Source: Nageia nagi (Eukaryota; Plantae; Pinophyta). Taken from it: a stretch of 64,000 nucleotides of DNA. Below, one piece after another: positions 25,005-38,730 of the stretch (positions are counted from its first letter, which is position 1; each line of letters starts with the position of its first letter). The translations under genes were made by a program, and so were the position numbers. Under the pieces are notes generated by a model. The model saw only the letters and a list, made by a program, of their open reading frames with translations, did not search any database and was not told the DNA's origin. The stretch spans positions 34,720,001-34,784,000 of the forward strand of contig JBITNC010000002.1 of assembly GCA_050084985.1 (NCBI GenBank), given 5' to 3'.

Positions 25005-26296
25005 GGAAAAATTACCAAAACACCCCTATAATTTTACATAATTACAAAAGTACCCCTACTTTTTAAAAATTTAAAAAAATGCCCCTATCACATTTTGTAT
25101 GTTGTTTTGTAGTTGATAGGGATGGCGTTCACTATGCGAATGTGAAAATCTTATTCCAGCATAAAGAAGACTTTATAGATGAAAGTTCCCCTTGGCAGTA
25201 TTCACATATTCTACCATGATTGTTGCAAAGAGCGAGTAATGTCCCTCGATATCGAAGCCAAGCTAGAACCAAAGAGCAAGTTTATTCTCATTGGGCAATG
25301 AGATTACAGAGGGCAAAATAAATTTGGGTTCCTCTCTCTCACACACCATTTCAAGTTTGCTAAAAAGTTAGCCTATATGATACATCTATATCAAACTCAA
25401 TGGGTCCTTCATGTTGTAATTAAATTATACATAACCAATAATTTATTTTTCATGTAAAAAATATAGTTGTTGAGTATGCATAAAAAATGCAGTTGTTGAG
25501 CATGTTAGATAAAGTACTAGAATCTTCTATGTTGTTGAGTTTGCTTTTGAAATGAAATGGAAATTATGGAACCTTTTATTCCATAGATCAAGTGTGAATT
25601 ATCATTAGTTGAACTGAGACATTACATTCACAGGAGGAATTTTCCTTCAAAGCATTCTTGTTCATCCACACACCTGCTTGTTTTTGCTAACTAATCAAAC
25701 CCAACTATATATAACATTAAGTATACCATGAACCTTGTCTACCTCTAATGAATACGCTGAAAGCAAACCATAGTTCCCCTCTTCTCAATTCGAACATGCA
25801 ACCTGAGAGTGGGTAGTTTGTCATTGTTGCAAAGAGCAGGTAGTCTCCCTGATATGTGAAGAAGCGTATGCTTGATATCACTTCCTTAGGTGATCTTTCG
25901 AGGTTGAGGGTGATTTTGTACATCTTTTGTCATCCCATTATATCTCCTAACCACCCAAAAAGTAGATAAATTCGCATAGGTTGATTCTAATTATCGTTGA
26001 ATTCGTAATAGGAGATAGAGAATACTAATCGTAGTAGATTTTTACAAGAAGATTGGAGATAAATGAGATGCAAAAAAATTCATGAAGTGATAGTATTCAA
26101 TTCACATCATGAAATGATAGCATTCGATTCACATCATCCCGAGAGTTGAAAGCACCTTGAGCTGTGTGGAGAGTGAAAAGCACCTTGAGCACCATTGCAA
26201 TTAATTGCAAAACAACATAGGGGTATTTTTGTTTTTTTTAAATAAAGGTATTTTTGTAATTACTTAAAATTATAGGGGTATTTTGGTAATTTTCCT
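25005..26296. mobile_element. Non-autonomous Mutator-like (MULE) element, ~1.3 kb
   Basis: ~85-bp imperfect terminal inverted repeats (GGAAAAATTACCAAAACACCCCTATAATTTTA.. / ..TAAAATTATAGGGGTATTTTGGTAATTTTCC). AT-rich imperfect ~9-bp flanking repeat (TAAAATTTT vs TAAAAAATT). No transposase. Confidence 0.75.
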
Positions 26297-28229
26297 TAAA
26301 AAATTTAAGGAGATAATGAAAACTGAAGTGGGACATATAGATGTCATTTGAGTTAAAGCAATCGAATTAGTTGTTTATAATGATGGAGGTAGAAAGAGAA
26401 GAAGAACATAATTTCTTCTCAAGCTAGTAGTGAATCACTTGGGCAATCATTTTGACATTCAAAGGTTTGATGAGTTCATTGACCAACAAAATTTTTATGA
26501 GAAATTTAAGAGTAAATAATATTTCAAAATGAATTTATTCAATGGAATTGGACAAGTGATTATGGAAAGAATTTGGCAAAAGGATGGAAAATATGGAGTA
26601 AGATTGTAGCAAAATGAAGGACAGTGACAAGCAACTTACAAGATATAAGAGATGAAGATCTAAGTATAAATATCAGTTGGAAGAGAAGAAGATTCAAGAT
26701 GAAGAAAACAAAATCAAATTCCCATGAACCAAGAGGTTCAAAAAATTTAAGAATATGGAGAGGATGATCCATACTTATCTCATTAATTATGTTATTAGTT
26801 TATATTGTACTACCCTACAACAAATGTGATTATTGTGGATAAGGAAATTTGTAAATGTTATGTTTGTAATTGATATGGAGAGTAGTTGTTTGTAATTGCT
26901 CTATTTAAGATATAAGTAATAATTTTATAGATATCAACTAAACTAGCTTGGAAGAGTGTTTTTAAGGCTAGAGACAAGGGGACTTTAGAAATATACAAAG
27001 ATTCCTTTGGAATGTTAATTGTAGATATATTTTGTATGTCTTAGTTTTTATGTTGTGATTTCATCTTTGATTTCCTTTAAGGAATGATGTTTTGTATGAT
27101 ATTATTTGAAGCAACTCAAGATCTTTAATATATTATCCTTTTTGTTTATTTTATTTAGGATGTGGTTATCCTACAACCAAATTCAACTATATACATTAGA
27201 CATATATCCTATAAATCTTGGGTGTATATACCTCAAATCAGCCAAAATCGATCAAGTTGGATAAATTAGGGCCAAAGTTAGCCATATTCAAGCACCCATT
27301 ACCAATTTGAGTCTATTCCACTAGTTTCCAATTGATTTTATATGCAACCTAAAGATGATATACGTTTAGAGTATGTAATGAATTTGGATGGAGGATAGCC
27401 TTCAGCTTTGATTTACACTTGTCTATATTTATTCTTGCATCTAAGATAATAGGCTATAAAATTTGAAGTTCTCTTTGAATGTCTGCATCAATTCGGTTCC
27501 TTCATGTGAGCAAATCTTCAAGTACCAAATAGCTCCTTTAAAGAATCTACATTATGTTCTACTTATAATCCTTGAAACTTTAATTTCCTGAATTGGATTC
27601 TCTTTTCCACTATTACAAGTCTTCAAGGGTGGCTTTTACGGTTTCAAGGATCATTGCACTATAAGAGTCATTCTCTTGCAACTCCCCTTCTCCTTCCTCA
27701 TTCGATAGATCCACCTAGGTTGACTTTGGTGCTAACTTATCATGCTTTCAAAGAAGATATTCCCACTTAGGATCGGATTTTTCCTTCCACTCTTCATTCA
27801 TCAATCTTTTATTGGGGCTTGTTTCTTAGGCTCTAACCTTGACTATATTAGCTTGCTCCCTTGAATCCCACTCATTGCTTGGTCTCTAGATTCTAAACAC
27901 GAGTAGCCCCAAAAAATCTCAACTATCGGGGAAGGATTTGCATGATGATATGCCTAATAGGAGGTGAGAGGTGACTCGTTTATTTTGGCCAAATGAAAAT
28001 AGGAGAGAGGGACGTACGAGGAGGGATGATGAGAGGTGGACACAAGTCCCAAATTATCACACATCTCCAAATGGTGGTGATGTATGGATCCACCACACAC
28101 CTCACAGGAGGCATCGAAGGGAAGGGAAGAATCGAGACATTTTAAAAGCTAACGAGTTGGTTTCATTTGGCAATCTTTATGGTGTTTAGTTTTGAAGATG
28201 ACTTTGAAAAGGCGACTTGAAGCACCAAA

Positions 28230-28790
28230 GGAAGCATGCATAGAGCCCATTATACTTGAGTGTACGAAGGAAACACAAGAAATGCTTGAATGAGGGGGCT
28301 TTCTTCTCTTTCTTTAGAAATTCCAAGGAGTTGATAAGGGAGTGGCAAAGCAATTCGTTCCTACCTAGGAGGGAGGCAAAGCGAAATTGGTTGGTGTCAA
28401 ATTAGTGGCTACCCAAGCTCTCCTTTTCGAAGATTCAAGCTTTCAAGCTAACAATCACAAACTCAAGCTATAACTTTTTAATTTTTGTAAAGAAGAGATG
28501 GAGCTGACTAAGGGTAAGATTGGCATAGCCATGGAGTCCCTACCACAACTATGGCCTAAGGTTGCCCTTATTGTCTTTGAGGCTCTTTACTCTCGATGCA
28601 TCTATGAATTGGGTGCATAATTTTCATTTTGGATTCTTAAACCATCTTCAAGGATCCAAAATGAATATATCAACTTTCCTTTACTATGAACTAGATAATG
28701 TTGCTCAAGATTTCCAAAGGATGAGGTACAAAGACCCTTCCAATCAAGGCCTAATGTTGATAGTGTTTAAGCATATCACTTAGAAGAAGG
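28230..28790 (+). mobile_element. Decayed retrotransposon-associated accessory ORF remnant
   Basis: Fragments ..ELTKGKIGIAMESLPQLWPKVA.. and ..HNFHFGFLNHLQGSKMNISTFLYYEL...NQGLMLIVFKH resemble, from memory, extra ORFs of gymnosperm LTR elements. Broken by stops and frameshifts. Confidence 0.4.
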
Positions 28791-29487
28791 ATCTCTTGAA
28801 AGATTTTGTGTGGTTCTCACCCATTTGTCAAGTCTTGGAGGCAAAGCAAGTGCAAGTAGAGACCTCAAAAAGCGTCAAGCATGAGGACAATGAGTAAACC
28901 CCATAAGAAGATTCTTCTAAGTCCTATCACACTCACCAGAAACATAAGAGGTCCATCTATACCTTGAAATTGCAAAGAATGAGGAGCATTGTGAAGGAAC
29001 AATATGAAGAATCTAAACATTCAGCTGAGAAAGAAGTCTCTAATGTGTACATAAAAAGATTGATGAGGAGGAAGTTGAACCATCTCAAATGGTGATCCCA
29101 TTGGAGGCCACTATCGAACCATAAAGCATTTTAGCACTAGACATGCTAAGTTAACTGCTGTGAGCTTGACATTAAAACATTGAAGAAGATCCATGATGTA
29201 ATGGGGAAGGGAAATAATTAGTTTCTAGCTTTCAAACAATTTTTTCTTTAATGTTTACAATAATGTTATGTTTTGTAGATCTTAGACAACATATTTTACT
29301 TGTGAACTGAAGAGCAACATCTTAAAACAATATCAGATTAAGATTTCTTTAAAAATTCATTCCTCCAATATAACAAAAAAAATCAATAAAATAATAGACA
29401 ATATGCTTTAAAAGTAGATAAAAAAAAACCCCATAAAGTAATCAAAATAGCTACTGTTAATATTAAATAAAACTCTTTTGTATTCTT

Positions 29488-29602
29488 AATCTTTCAAAAA
29501 TTTACAAGAAGAAATAAATATTTAATCATATATTAAATAATATAAATCTTTCAAAAATTTACAACAAGAAATAATAATTTAATCATATATTAAGTAATAT
29601 AT
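29488..29602. repeat. 57-bp tandem duplication
   Basis: AATCTTTCAAAAATTTACAA...ATAATATA repeated at 29488 and 29545 with a few mismatches. Confidence 0.85.
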
Positions 29603-29797
29603 AATGTCACACATATAAATTGAATAACTTTTTATTTTACATTTATAACCAATACATTTTTATTGTATGTAATCCCTAAATTTATTAATTAAACCATATT
29701 ATCATACATTCAACTTACAAAAAAATTGAATGTCGAATTAAATAAATTGAGTACACTTTTCAGGGTAAAAAATGCATTTCAAAATTAATTAATTTTA

Positions 29798-30188
29798 AGG
29801 CTTTATTCGTGCCAACATATGACCTGCAAAACATTATTCTTTTTCCATTTTAATAAAGCTCATCTGTAATTATCATAATCTGAACAAAATTTGCTTTAAT
29901 AGTAAAAAGTAAACTTCCCAGCCATATATATATTAAGCTAAATATGCAAAAACAAAAAATTGCGCGACACTCAGATTTAGACATGTAGGCAGGCTTCATT
30001 CGTGACAACGTATGAACTGCAAAACATTAGTCTTTTTCCATTTTAATAAAGCTCATCTGTAATTATCATAATCTGAAGAAAATTTGCTTTAACAGTAAAA
30101 AAGTAAACTTCCAAGCCATATATATATTAAGCTAAATATGCAAAAACAAAAAATTGCGTAACACTCAGATTTAGAAATGTAGGCAGGC
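29798..30188. repeat. ~193-bp tandem duplication downstream of RPL7a
   Basis: Copies 29798-29990 and 29991-30184 are highly similar, with AGGC at all three junctions (29798, 29991, 30185). Confidence 0.92.
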
Positions 30189-30728
30189 AATAACATTCAG
30201 CTATATCATCTAAGATATTGCTGTTAAAAAATACCTTAAAGGATAATCTAACTATCGGAAAGGCTGTCAAAATAATAGAAAGGTTATCGTCACACTTTGG
30301 TATAAAAATGATAAAGATCAAGCTTTCAGTCACATCTACATTTCAATTTACTAAGAAAAGCTATAAACTCCAGATAATCGATATAAATTGTTTCTATCAG
30401 AGAAAGTAGCATTCTCCTAGTAGCCTACTCTACAGGGCACCGTATTTCAATACCACAAACATTGATTTCAATTGGAAACAATGAATCATTGAAGAAATTA
30501 CTTAGTAGAAAATAACTTTATCGGTATGAGAAATTATATATTCTAAAGAAAAGCATATCACAATATGCAACAATTTAAATTCTTGATATTCTACACAACT
30601 GCAAAATTGTCATGTTGTTTTCAAAAAAGAACTAAGAATACCCCTTCATGTCCAAGCTCTTTTTCTACACCTCAAAATTAGAGTGCACTTCAAAACAATA
30701 ATCATAAAATCTTCAAATAAGAAATGAG

Positions 30729-32572
30729 TTAATTCAGCCTTTGGGCTGCTTCTTTAGCCAATAGCTTTTCCCTGGCCCTTGTTTTAGCCTGAGATTTTGT
30801 TCCCATAATACCACCTCCCCATTGGCGCCTATACTCATCAAACTTATCATTGAAGTTAGCCTGCGAAAGAACAGAAGTTACAATATATAAGACATTTCAT
30901 TTCCACTTATTGGCAGTTTCAGCATCACCTGCTAAACAATATGTAAGCAAAAAACAAGTATGATCATCTAATTCTTCCTAAAATTGCAAACCTTTACTGC
31001 CTCAACAATCCTGCTAAATTCCATCTTGTCTTCGTTCTTAACAGATGTCAAGCACAGAGCAGTAGCAGTTTTCTTGTGCACAATCTGCATACAAGTTGCA
31101 AGTTAGAAAATTACAGTTCTCTAGTGATCAATATTATACTTTTCTTCCCCATATAGACAATTGACAAACAGATCATTATTGATGCTTACTGTCCCAAGGC
31201 GTGCTTTCCCCTTAACAATGCAGTAAGGAATGTTCATTTTTCTACAAAGTGCAGGAAGCCATACAACAAGCTCAATAGGATCCACGTCATGAGCAATAAA
31301 CCACCAACTGAGCTTTGCTCTGCAAGCAATCAAATTACCCTTGATTAATTAAGAAGACCAAATAAATTTTGAATACTGAAACGGGAAAGGCATCGCAGAA
31401 CACCACAAAAAGCAAAAAACTTGCAGAGAAATACTAAACTAAAAATTGTTTATACTAGTGAACAACGAATACCTGCTCAATAAGGTAAGTTACGTGATTG
31501 ATACCATATTTGACAACAATTGGCTTCTTAACTTCAACGGTCCCGCCTGAAGTCTCTGTCTGAGCCTTCTTCAGAAGCCTTTCCCTTTTTGAGGCCTTGT
31601 CTTCTGGCCTGTACTTCAGAAGCATCTTAAAAAGGTTTGATGCTGCATCCAAAACATCATAGGTAACATTAGCAACCTCAAAATGCAAATGCAAATCAAC
31701 TCATTTAATGAAATGATTGATCCAACAAATCACATCTTGTCGTAAATAAGATCACAAAACAAAGGCATTGTAAGCTATTTGAGCAGGATATGCCTGGATT
31801 CTTCAAATTCCCTACAATGTTATACATATATCTAAAATAAATCTTACAAAGCATGAATAACTTGAGTTGGCCATGGAATGACAGTTTTCCATTGAACGAA
31901 TGGGACTAACAACATTAATCAATTCAACATGAGAAAACCCTTCAAAGCTTAAAGAATACTGTTAAGGGAATCACTTAAATTGCAATACGGAAAATACAAT
32001 TGTGCTGACCAAGATTCTTGTCTAGGGTTTTGGTGAACTGGTTGAGCGCAGGGGGAACCTTCAAGCGCTGCTTGAGGATCCTGCGCTGCCTTTGGATACG
32101 GACCACCTTGGGCCATTTCACGAATCTATGCAAGTCTTTCTTTGGCGGAATAGCTCCCCCAATCCCGAACTGTTTAGGCCGCTTCTCAAACAACGGATTC
32201 ACGACCTTTGGTGCCTGAACCATCAACACACATCAAATCACGCCCTAACCGTTAATGCAAAACAATCCATGAAAAAAACAAATCTTGCAAATCCGCCAAG
32301 GGTCAGAACATACAAAAAAAAAAATCGGTTATGATCAGAACATAGAAAAAAAAAAAAATTGCTAGGGTTTTCCAGAAATGTTAACAAGGGGGTCTTTGAA
32401 AACACTAGGAGTCTATAAATCGGTAATACCTTTTTCTTTGCAGCAACAGGGGCCTTAACCCCTCTCTTTGGAGCCTGCAAATACAGATCGGCACTAAAAT
32501 CAGATACTTCTTAGCAGCAAAATAAATTTGAGACTTCCTGAAAATCAAAGGAACTCTTCTGAAGGTCACCAT
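30729..32572 (-). CDS. RPL7A: 60S ribosomal protein L7a (eL8); 7 coding exons 32572-32570, 32474-32430, 32214-32010, 31642-31473, 31319-31190, 31084-30992, 30860-30729; one +1 frameshift in exon 5
   Basis: All introns are GT-AG. The spliced protein is [71 protein letters not shown]..-SKAQLVV[+T][72 protein letters not shown]. It is 258 aa if the extra base at 31298-31300 is removed. Confidence 0.97.
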
Positions 32573-32629
32573 TTTTAGATTTCAAGGTTGATCGTCGCCC
32601 TCTTCTCTCGCCTCCTCTTTGCTCCCCCT

Positions 32630-32690
32630 AAACCCTAGACCTAATTCCATCTGCTCATATTTATCAAGAAACGTAAAACCCTAACCCTAA
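32630..32690. promoter_or_regulatory. Telo-box cluster upstream of RPL7a
   Basis: AAACCCTA at 32630-32637 and AAAACCCTAACCCTAA at 32675-32690, plus CTAGGGTTTT in intron 2 (~32362). Telo-boxes are characteristic of plant ribosomal protein promoters. Confidence 0.8.
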
Positions 32691-32953
32691 TCCAATTTAC
32701 TATTTTTTTTTAAATTAATAATCCCATCTACTCCTAATTTTATGTATTGTTAGATGTTTAATTCTATGGCTTTCGTTTTTTTCATTGCAAATTAATTATT
32801 TTAACTATTGATTATTTTTGTTGATCAATGTTTTATATTTAAAAAATAAATATTACCAACATCGGTTTTATGTGTTTTGGTATTTGGATTCATTGCAACA
32901 ATAAAGGTATATGTATAGACATCTAAAATAATTCATCATTATTTAATTTATTG

Positions 32954-33237
32954 TTTTTTTTTTTTTTTGGGAGGTGTCAATCGGAGCCACTAATCCTCTC
33001 GACGTAGTAATCCTACCCGTTAATCACATGACTCAAGGTAAATCGTAGGTTCTTTTCTCGAATGGGACTTTTTACATGAGAATTTTTATCCGAGCCCCAT
33101 AAATTGGTCATAATACAATCGAAATACGTCCAAACTGCAACCACTTGGTATCACCAGGGATCCATCAAGAGGATTTGAACTTATGACCTCCTCTCGCTAA
33201 TTTGAATAACTTTGCCACCATGGTGTCCCCTTGGGGA
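32954..33237 (-). mobile_element. tRNA-derived SINE (~285 bp)
   Basis: Minus strand starts TCCCCAAGGGGACACCATGGTGGC, has B-box GTTCAAATCC (33171-33180) at typical spacing, and ends in a 15-nt poly(A) (T run 32954-32968). Confidence 0.7.
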
Positions 33238-35335
33238 CTATTATTTTTTTGGTGGTTATTGATAGGTTTCGTTCTTTTGACATTCCTCAATGGCATTTGA
33301 GAATTATAATTTATCAGTCGAAATGAATTGCACTCTCCTATTTCATTTTCACTTGTCATGTCTACTATGAGATATGAGGTAGATATTATTGCTTATTCAG
33401 AGACACTCATACATTGAAGTATTGGATTAATTACGAAGACTAGAGATGCATTACCCTTTTCATTCGAGAATTGTTCAATCTCAGAAAAAACTACTTAGTA
33501 ACATTTTTCAAAGGATAACAGGATCTTGACTTATCACTTCATTTTTCTAGCCTCTAGAAGCCATGACTAAGAAACATCATGGTGATCATAGAGATACAAC
33601 AAGAATCTCTCATTGTTGACTCCAACATGGACCATCTACGAGGACATCAAACTCTTATATCACTCACTTCTTTTCACCCTTGAATGTTGGGAGAAATCCT
33701 TGATTTAAAGATCTCATTTATGTTTTGTTTATTATTTTTCTTATTTTATTTCCTCTAGAGTTGCACTAGGCACTCTTGTTGCTTTGTATATGTCCTACTT
33801 TATAGTCCTATTGACCTTTTTTGGTCACCAATGGACATTAATACAATTTCAAATTCAAATTCATCTTATTACATCCTTTTGGGGTATAGGCATTGTTTAA
33901 ATTTGATGCTCATTTGAACATTTTTGATGTTCTTTTTTAGTCAAATATAGTTATAAATTAAAGATAATCATTGTCTATGTTGTTTAGATGTATATTTTAC
34001 CCATCAAAATTTATATATATAATAATTTAATTCATTGATTGAATAATTTTTTTTATATGTACATAAAATTATAAAATATTATATTGAAAGGTAAAATTCA
34101 AAAGCAAATCATTATTAAAAAATTGAATGACATGTAGAGTAGCTCGTTAAATATAAACGGTGGATATGGGTGAGAGTGCACTTATTAAAAGAGTCCTTCA
34201 CAAATGGATTGACAACATGAACTTTTGCAAATCTAAGAGATCAAGAGTTAAGAATTTCTTTTTATATAAGTTATACTCTATCCCACTTATTTATATTTCT
34301 TTAGCCCCTCTAGATAGTAATCTATTTTATACAATTATTCATTTGAAAGTCTAACTTGATTACAAAGGCAAAGGTCATAAGAGATCAATTTTTCATGTAT
34401 CTCCAACTTCTAACCACTATATCCTAAGTATAGCAATTATTTTGTATCCTAACATTAGTTGTGTCTTATCTCTTCATTTTCCATAAACCTATGTTTAGTA
34501 CAAGTCTATTAAGAATATCTAGAGCATCGTTAGGAATAAATATTGGTCATCGTTTGAAGGATTTGAGCATGTCATTATTAGTTCACTTACATTGACTATT
34601 CTAAGATCCACTTCCATATCTTCTTTTCTTTATGGTTATAACCCCTTTATCACTAATAATGGTTAACCAAAGACCAACTATATTGAGGTAATTCTTATTG
34701 TATGCACAACACATCCACTAAATGTTTACACATTTAAGGACCCTTAAAATGCAATTGCTTAGATGATTTCGAATTCAATTAGCGTGCTTTTCCATCAATC
34801 TTAACATTTTTCCTTACACTTATCTTAATATTTCACAAATAGAAAGTGGACTTGTTTGATTTTGATATTGATGGTTTAATTAGTCTTGTTTCATTCTCCT
34901 CTCAATTAATATTTCTCTTTTTGTATTTGATTACACTTAAATGGATTCATTTCACCATAAGAAAGTATAATTTGACATTGTAAGACCTGTAAATAAGATT
35001 TGAAAATGCTTTGATAAATCTTATTGTTCTTCTTTCTTTTTATTGAAAAGGATTAAGGTTTACATTTTAATTTTATTTTTTGACCTTAGTACCTTATCGT
35101 TTGAAATCAAGTAAAACATGCTTTAGAAATTTTATAGTTTTTTTTGTATTTAATTAATAGATTAAGTTTTATACTTTAATCATTTATTTATAGAACCCTA
35201 CCTTTGTTTTCGAGTTCTTTTTAAATAGTTTCATTTGTGTCAATATAAAATTTAAATTATCGATGTCTACCTTTTAATTTATTTTTTAAATTGTATTAGC
35301 CATTGTTGGATTCTCTTTTAATTCTTATGGACCAC

Positions 35336-35515
35336 TTTTTTTTTGTATTGGTCATGAGGGTTTTGAAAGGATCCTCAAGTCTTATACCATTGAAACTTTA
35401 TCATGAACATGTGATATTTGCAACATATCTTTTGTTTGCAGGGGGTAGGATTTGAACCTGGAACTCCATTTACAACAATTGGGAGTTTCCACACCCAAGG
35501 TTCACCAACTCCCCT
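35336..35515 (-). mobile_element. tRNA-derived SINE (~180 bp), different family
   Basis: Minus strand reads AGGGGAGTTGGTGAACCTTGG...CCAGGTTCAAATCCTACCCCC (perfect B-box), followed by an A9 tail at 35336-35344. Confidence 0.65.
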
Positions 35516-38500
35516 AACAAGTGGAGATAACCTATTAGCTACTTGATATGTTGAATCTGCCAAATATCCTGGTTAGAGGCTTCACCCAATTAGCTTTTAT
35601 ACTTTCTGGTCAAAGTCTTGTCTAGTTTACTTAGCAATTAAATTGATTGATTTATTTATTATATGTCCAACTCTTACATATGTCGTCTTTGGTATGCCAT
35701 TTTTTAGGTTATATTTTGATAATCTATTCAACATTATTCTTATCCATCATGGCTCGTAATGTTAGTTTTGTCATCATGATTCATGGTTCTCATTCATTTT
35801 TGGCAATCACCTGGTCAATTTTAGCCTTATTTCCTACAATAAGTTGTTATATTTTAGATGATGCATCAATGGCTCTCTAGATGTTTTGAATATCCTATGG
35901 TCCTTAATCAGTGAGTGTAATAAATGATGGCCAAATGTTAAACTTTTTATTATAATTGGAATTGCTTAAATCAATGGCTCTCAACAAATTTTGAACATCT
36001 AATAGTTGGTGATCATGGAGAATATAATGTATTGAAAACCATGAGACATTATGTTGGTGGATATCAATGACTCACTTAACTTTTAGCACATACAAGATTC
36101 ATTAATCTATCATGTTACATGTCAAGTGTGGGGTCCATCATAATTATCATCGAGTAACAATCGACTCTCATCATTTTTTGGTCATTCTACAATGATGAAT
36201 TTAAAGTGGTTAAACATTTTCTAGAGCATAAAATGCACATACATAAATATAATATGTGATATCAACAATGCTCAAGCATTTCAAGGAAATCAATGATTAT
36301 AATACATCTAGATAATGTACATTATTCAAATTGGCTAATGAACCATGTACAAAAATCAACAATACGCATTTGTTATGGCATATCTAATGGTCATAAGATA
36401 TGTATTGGATGTGAGAATGTAATTTGACAAGGGGACCATCAATACTTCACATATATGGGTAAATCAAGGGCTCTTGTGTAAATCTATAGATCTAACAATT
36501 ATTGATTGGTGAGGGGTATAACATCAACATAAAATGCAACAAAGTGTACCCACTCATTAGTGATAAATTTGTATTTAAACCAATTATGCTCATTTATTTC
36601 TGAAGATTGAATAGTGATGAGGAATACATAAATGGATAGTGTAGTCAAAGGGTTTGTTAAATAATGGTGAGATTTATGATATTTGTAAAGTTTAATTTGA
36701 AGAATTAATGATTGGTATTAGATAATGACGTAGAAAGGAGGTGGACCATAACAACTTAAATTGATAAATTATACACATCTTATGATCAATAATCAAAGTT
36801 AGTTATATGATTTATTCTTATTAATCAAGATCATATATATTTATTGAGATATATTTGACATTATCCTTGATGCAACTTTATGTTTCTTTAATAGACCATA
36901 TTTACTGAGATTGAAATTCATGATTAAAACTTTTACAAGATAGGAGGTTTCTAATGGTTCGACAAACCACATTCCTTGAGTTTAATATCTACCATTCAAG
37001 CCTAAGTAAAATGCATAAATATTACAATTATTAGATTTGAAGAAGATGGTGTGGTGAGAAGACTCAAGTGTTAATGTGAAAAAAATATGGATCCCACCAT
37101 AACTTAAAGTCATAATGAAGCACGTGCAAAGATCAAAGGTGAGCATTGAATATGACAAATCTAATAATAAGAATTAAAAACAAAGCATATGATTTTAATA
37201 AACATTAAGCATTGCATTATGGTGATCCTATGGTTGATGATTAAAGTGAACAAATCGAATAAAAGCCAACATGATGGAGAATTAAGGAATTTGGTTATAA
37301 TAATTTATGTGTATATGCCTAAATGTGATTTTTTATTTATTAAAAATCATATTTTAGGTATATAAATTAAATAATTGATTTACATACTTTATTACTATAT
37401 TTTGAGATATATTTTAGGACTTAGCCCAACATACATTGGTTATCTCTCATATTTCTTTCTTTTGTGGTGCAAGGTTCAAGGAGTATCGAGAAATGTGAAT
37501 TGGCCAAGAAGGAATCATTTATATGCAAGGAGGATATGCTCAAGATAAATATGTGTTTCAAAGCTTAATAGTCCATACTACACACATTCTATAATTATCA
37601 TTATCAGATGTGATCAATGGTTCTTACCACCAACTATTAAGTCTAGATTTTGTACCCTATTGTTATCACTACCTTTGTACTTTCATTATTATTGCTACAT
37701 TAGGCTTTGTAAAAGGTTAGGAAAATTATCGAATTTGAGCTTGGACCAAACTATCAAGGAAGATTCATATAATATTACATGATCTTTATGCATAGTGTGT
37801 CAGTGTACCATAATTAGTCAAGAACGAATATCCAAACATTAAGGGAAGATCACTACAAACATCCACAAGTCAAAATCTAGCTTTCTTACTTCACTTAAGT
37901 CATGTAAGAATGATAGGTTTATGTTGGAATAGAGCATTTGATAATAAATATAGGACTATAATAGGATGGAGCAATGTTTGGAAGGAGAGTAATGCATGAA
38001 GTGTGAATTTTCCAAGTCATGCCCTAGCAAGGAGTGAGGAGTCTAGAGGGAGGGCTAGTGAGCGAAGTGGTGGAGGAAAACCTACTTGTAATAAAAAGGA
38101 ATCAAAAGGGACTACAAATGGTGATTTACACCAAGAAAGAGTCTCTAAAAATAAATTTTGAAAGGAATTTGGATTAGAAGAAGAGGACGCCTTGGATACT
38201 AACATTATTGAACAGACTATGGGAAGTTCCAATGGGGGGATTTGTCCCCCAATCCTAGCAGAACACGTGCTTAGAGTTGAGATTGAGGAAAATGACTTTG
38301 GTATTGATTTGTCGGAGCAAGCATAACAACCTCTCATATGTAAAATTAGAGGTAGAATGCCATGATTAACAGACCTCGAAGCATTTATCCATGAAGCATG
38401 GTTTGCATATTATTAGATAACTTTGCTATTGAATAACTTTTTCGTGTGTATTTCTTAGACTTAGAAAGAAAAAAATATGTATGAAAATTTTGCTTTGAAT

Positions 38501-38730
38501 GGTTTTTTGGACAAAGAGGGATTTACATGAGAGAATGGTCTCCTTGTTTTGTCCCTTCTCTAAAAATATTAATATCCACTTAGTTTTGGGTAAATCTATT
38601 GGCACTTCCAAAATTGGCAATTCTCTTGGCTCCTTTCGATACATGGATTAATATATAGAAGATAATTTGATGAGCAAAAGCAACATGAGCAAGCCAGATT
38701 GGCCATTTTGCTGGATACAAATTAACCTTG

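Noticed and set aside
23653-31319. Functional spliced RPL7a-AKR chimeric protein via the acceptor-like AG at ~23802
   Set aside because: In-frame use needs a phase-2 donor, but the RPL7a donors are phase 0 or 1. The downstream AKR exons also carry frameshifts and a stop.
30861-32569. Intronic box C/D snoRNAs in RPL7a (the vertebrate gene hosts SNORD24/36)
   Set aside because: I saw no properly spaced RTGATGA...CTGA pair with a terminal stem on the minus strand in the introns I inspected; an Infernal/Rfam scan would be decisive.
34100-37200. Copia pol remnants (VWGPS at ~36125 and scattered motifs)
   Set aside because: Too degraded to assign boundaries or strand reliably.
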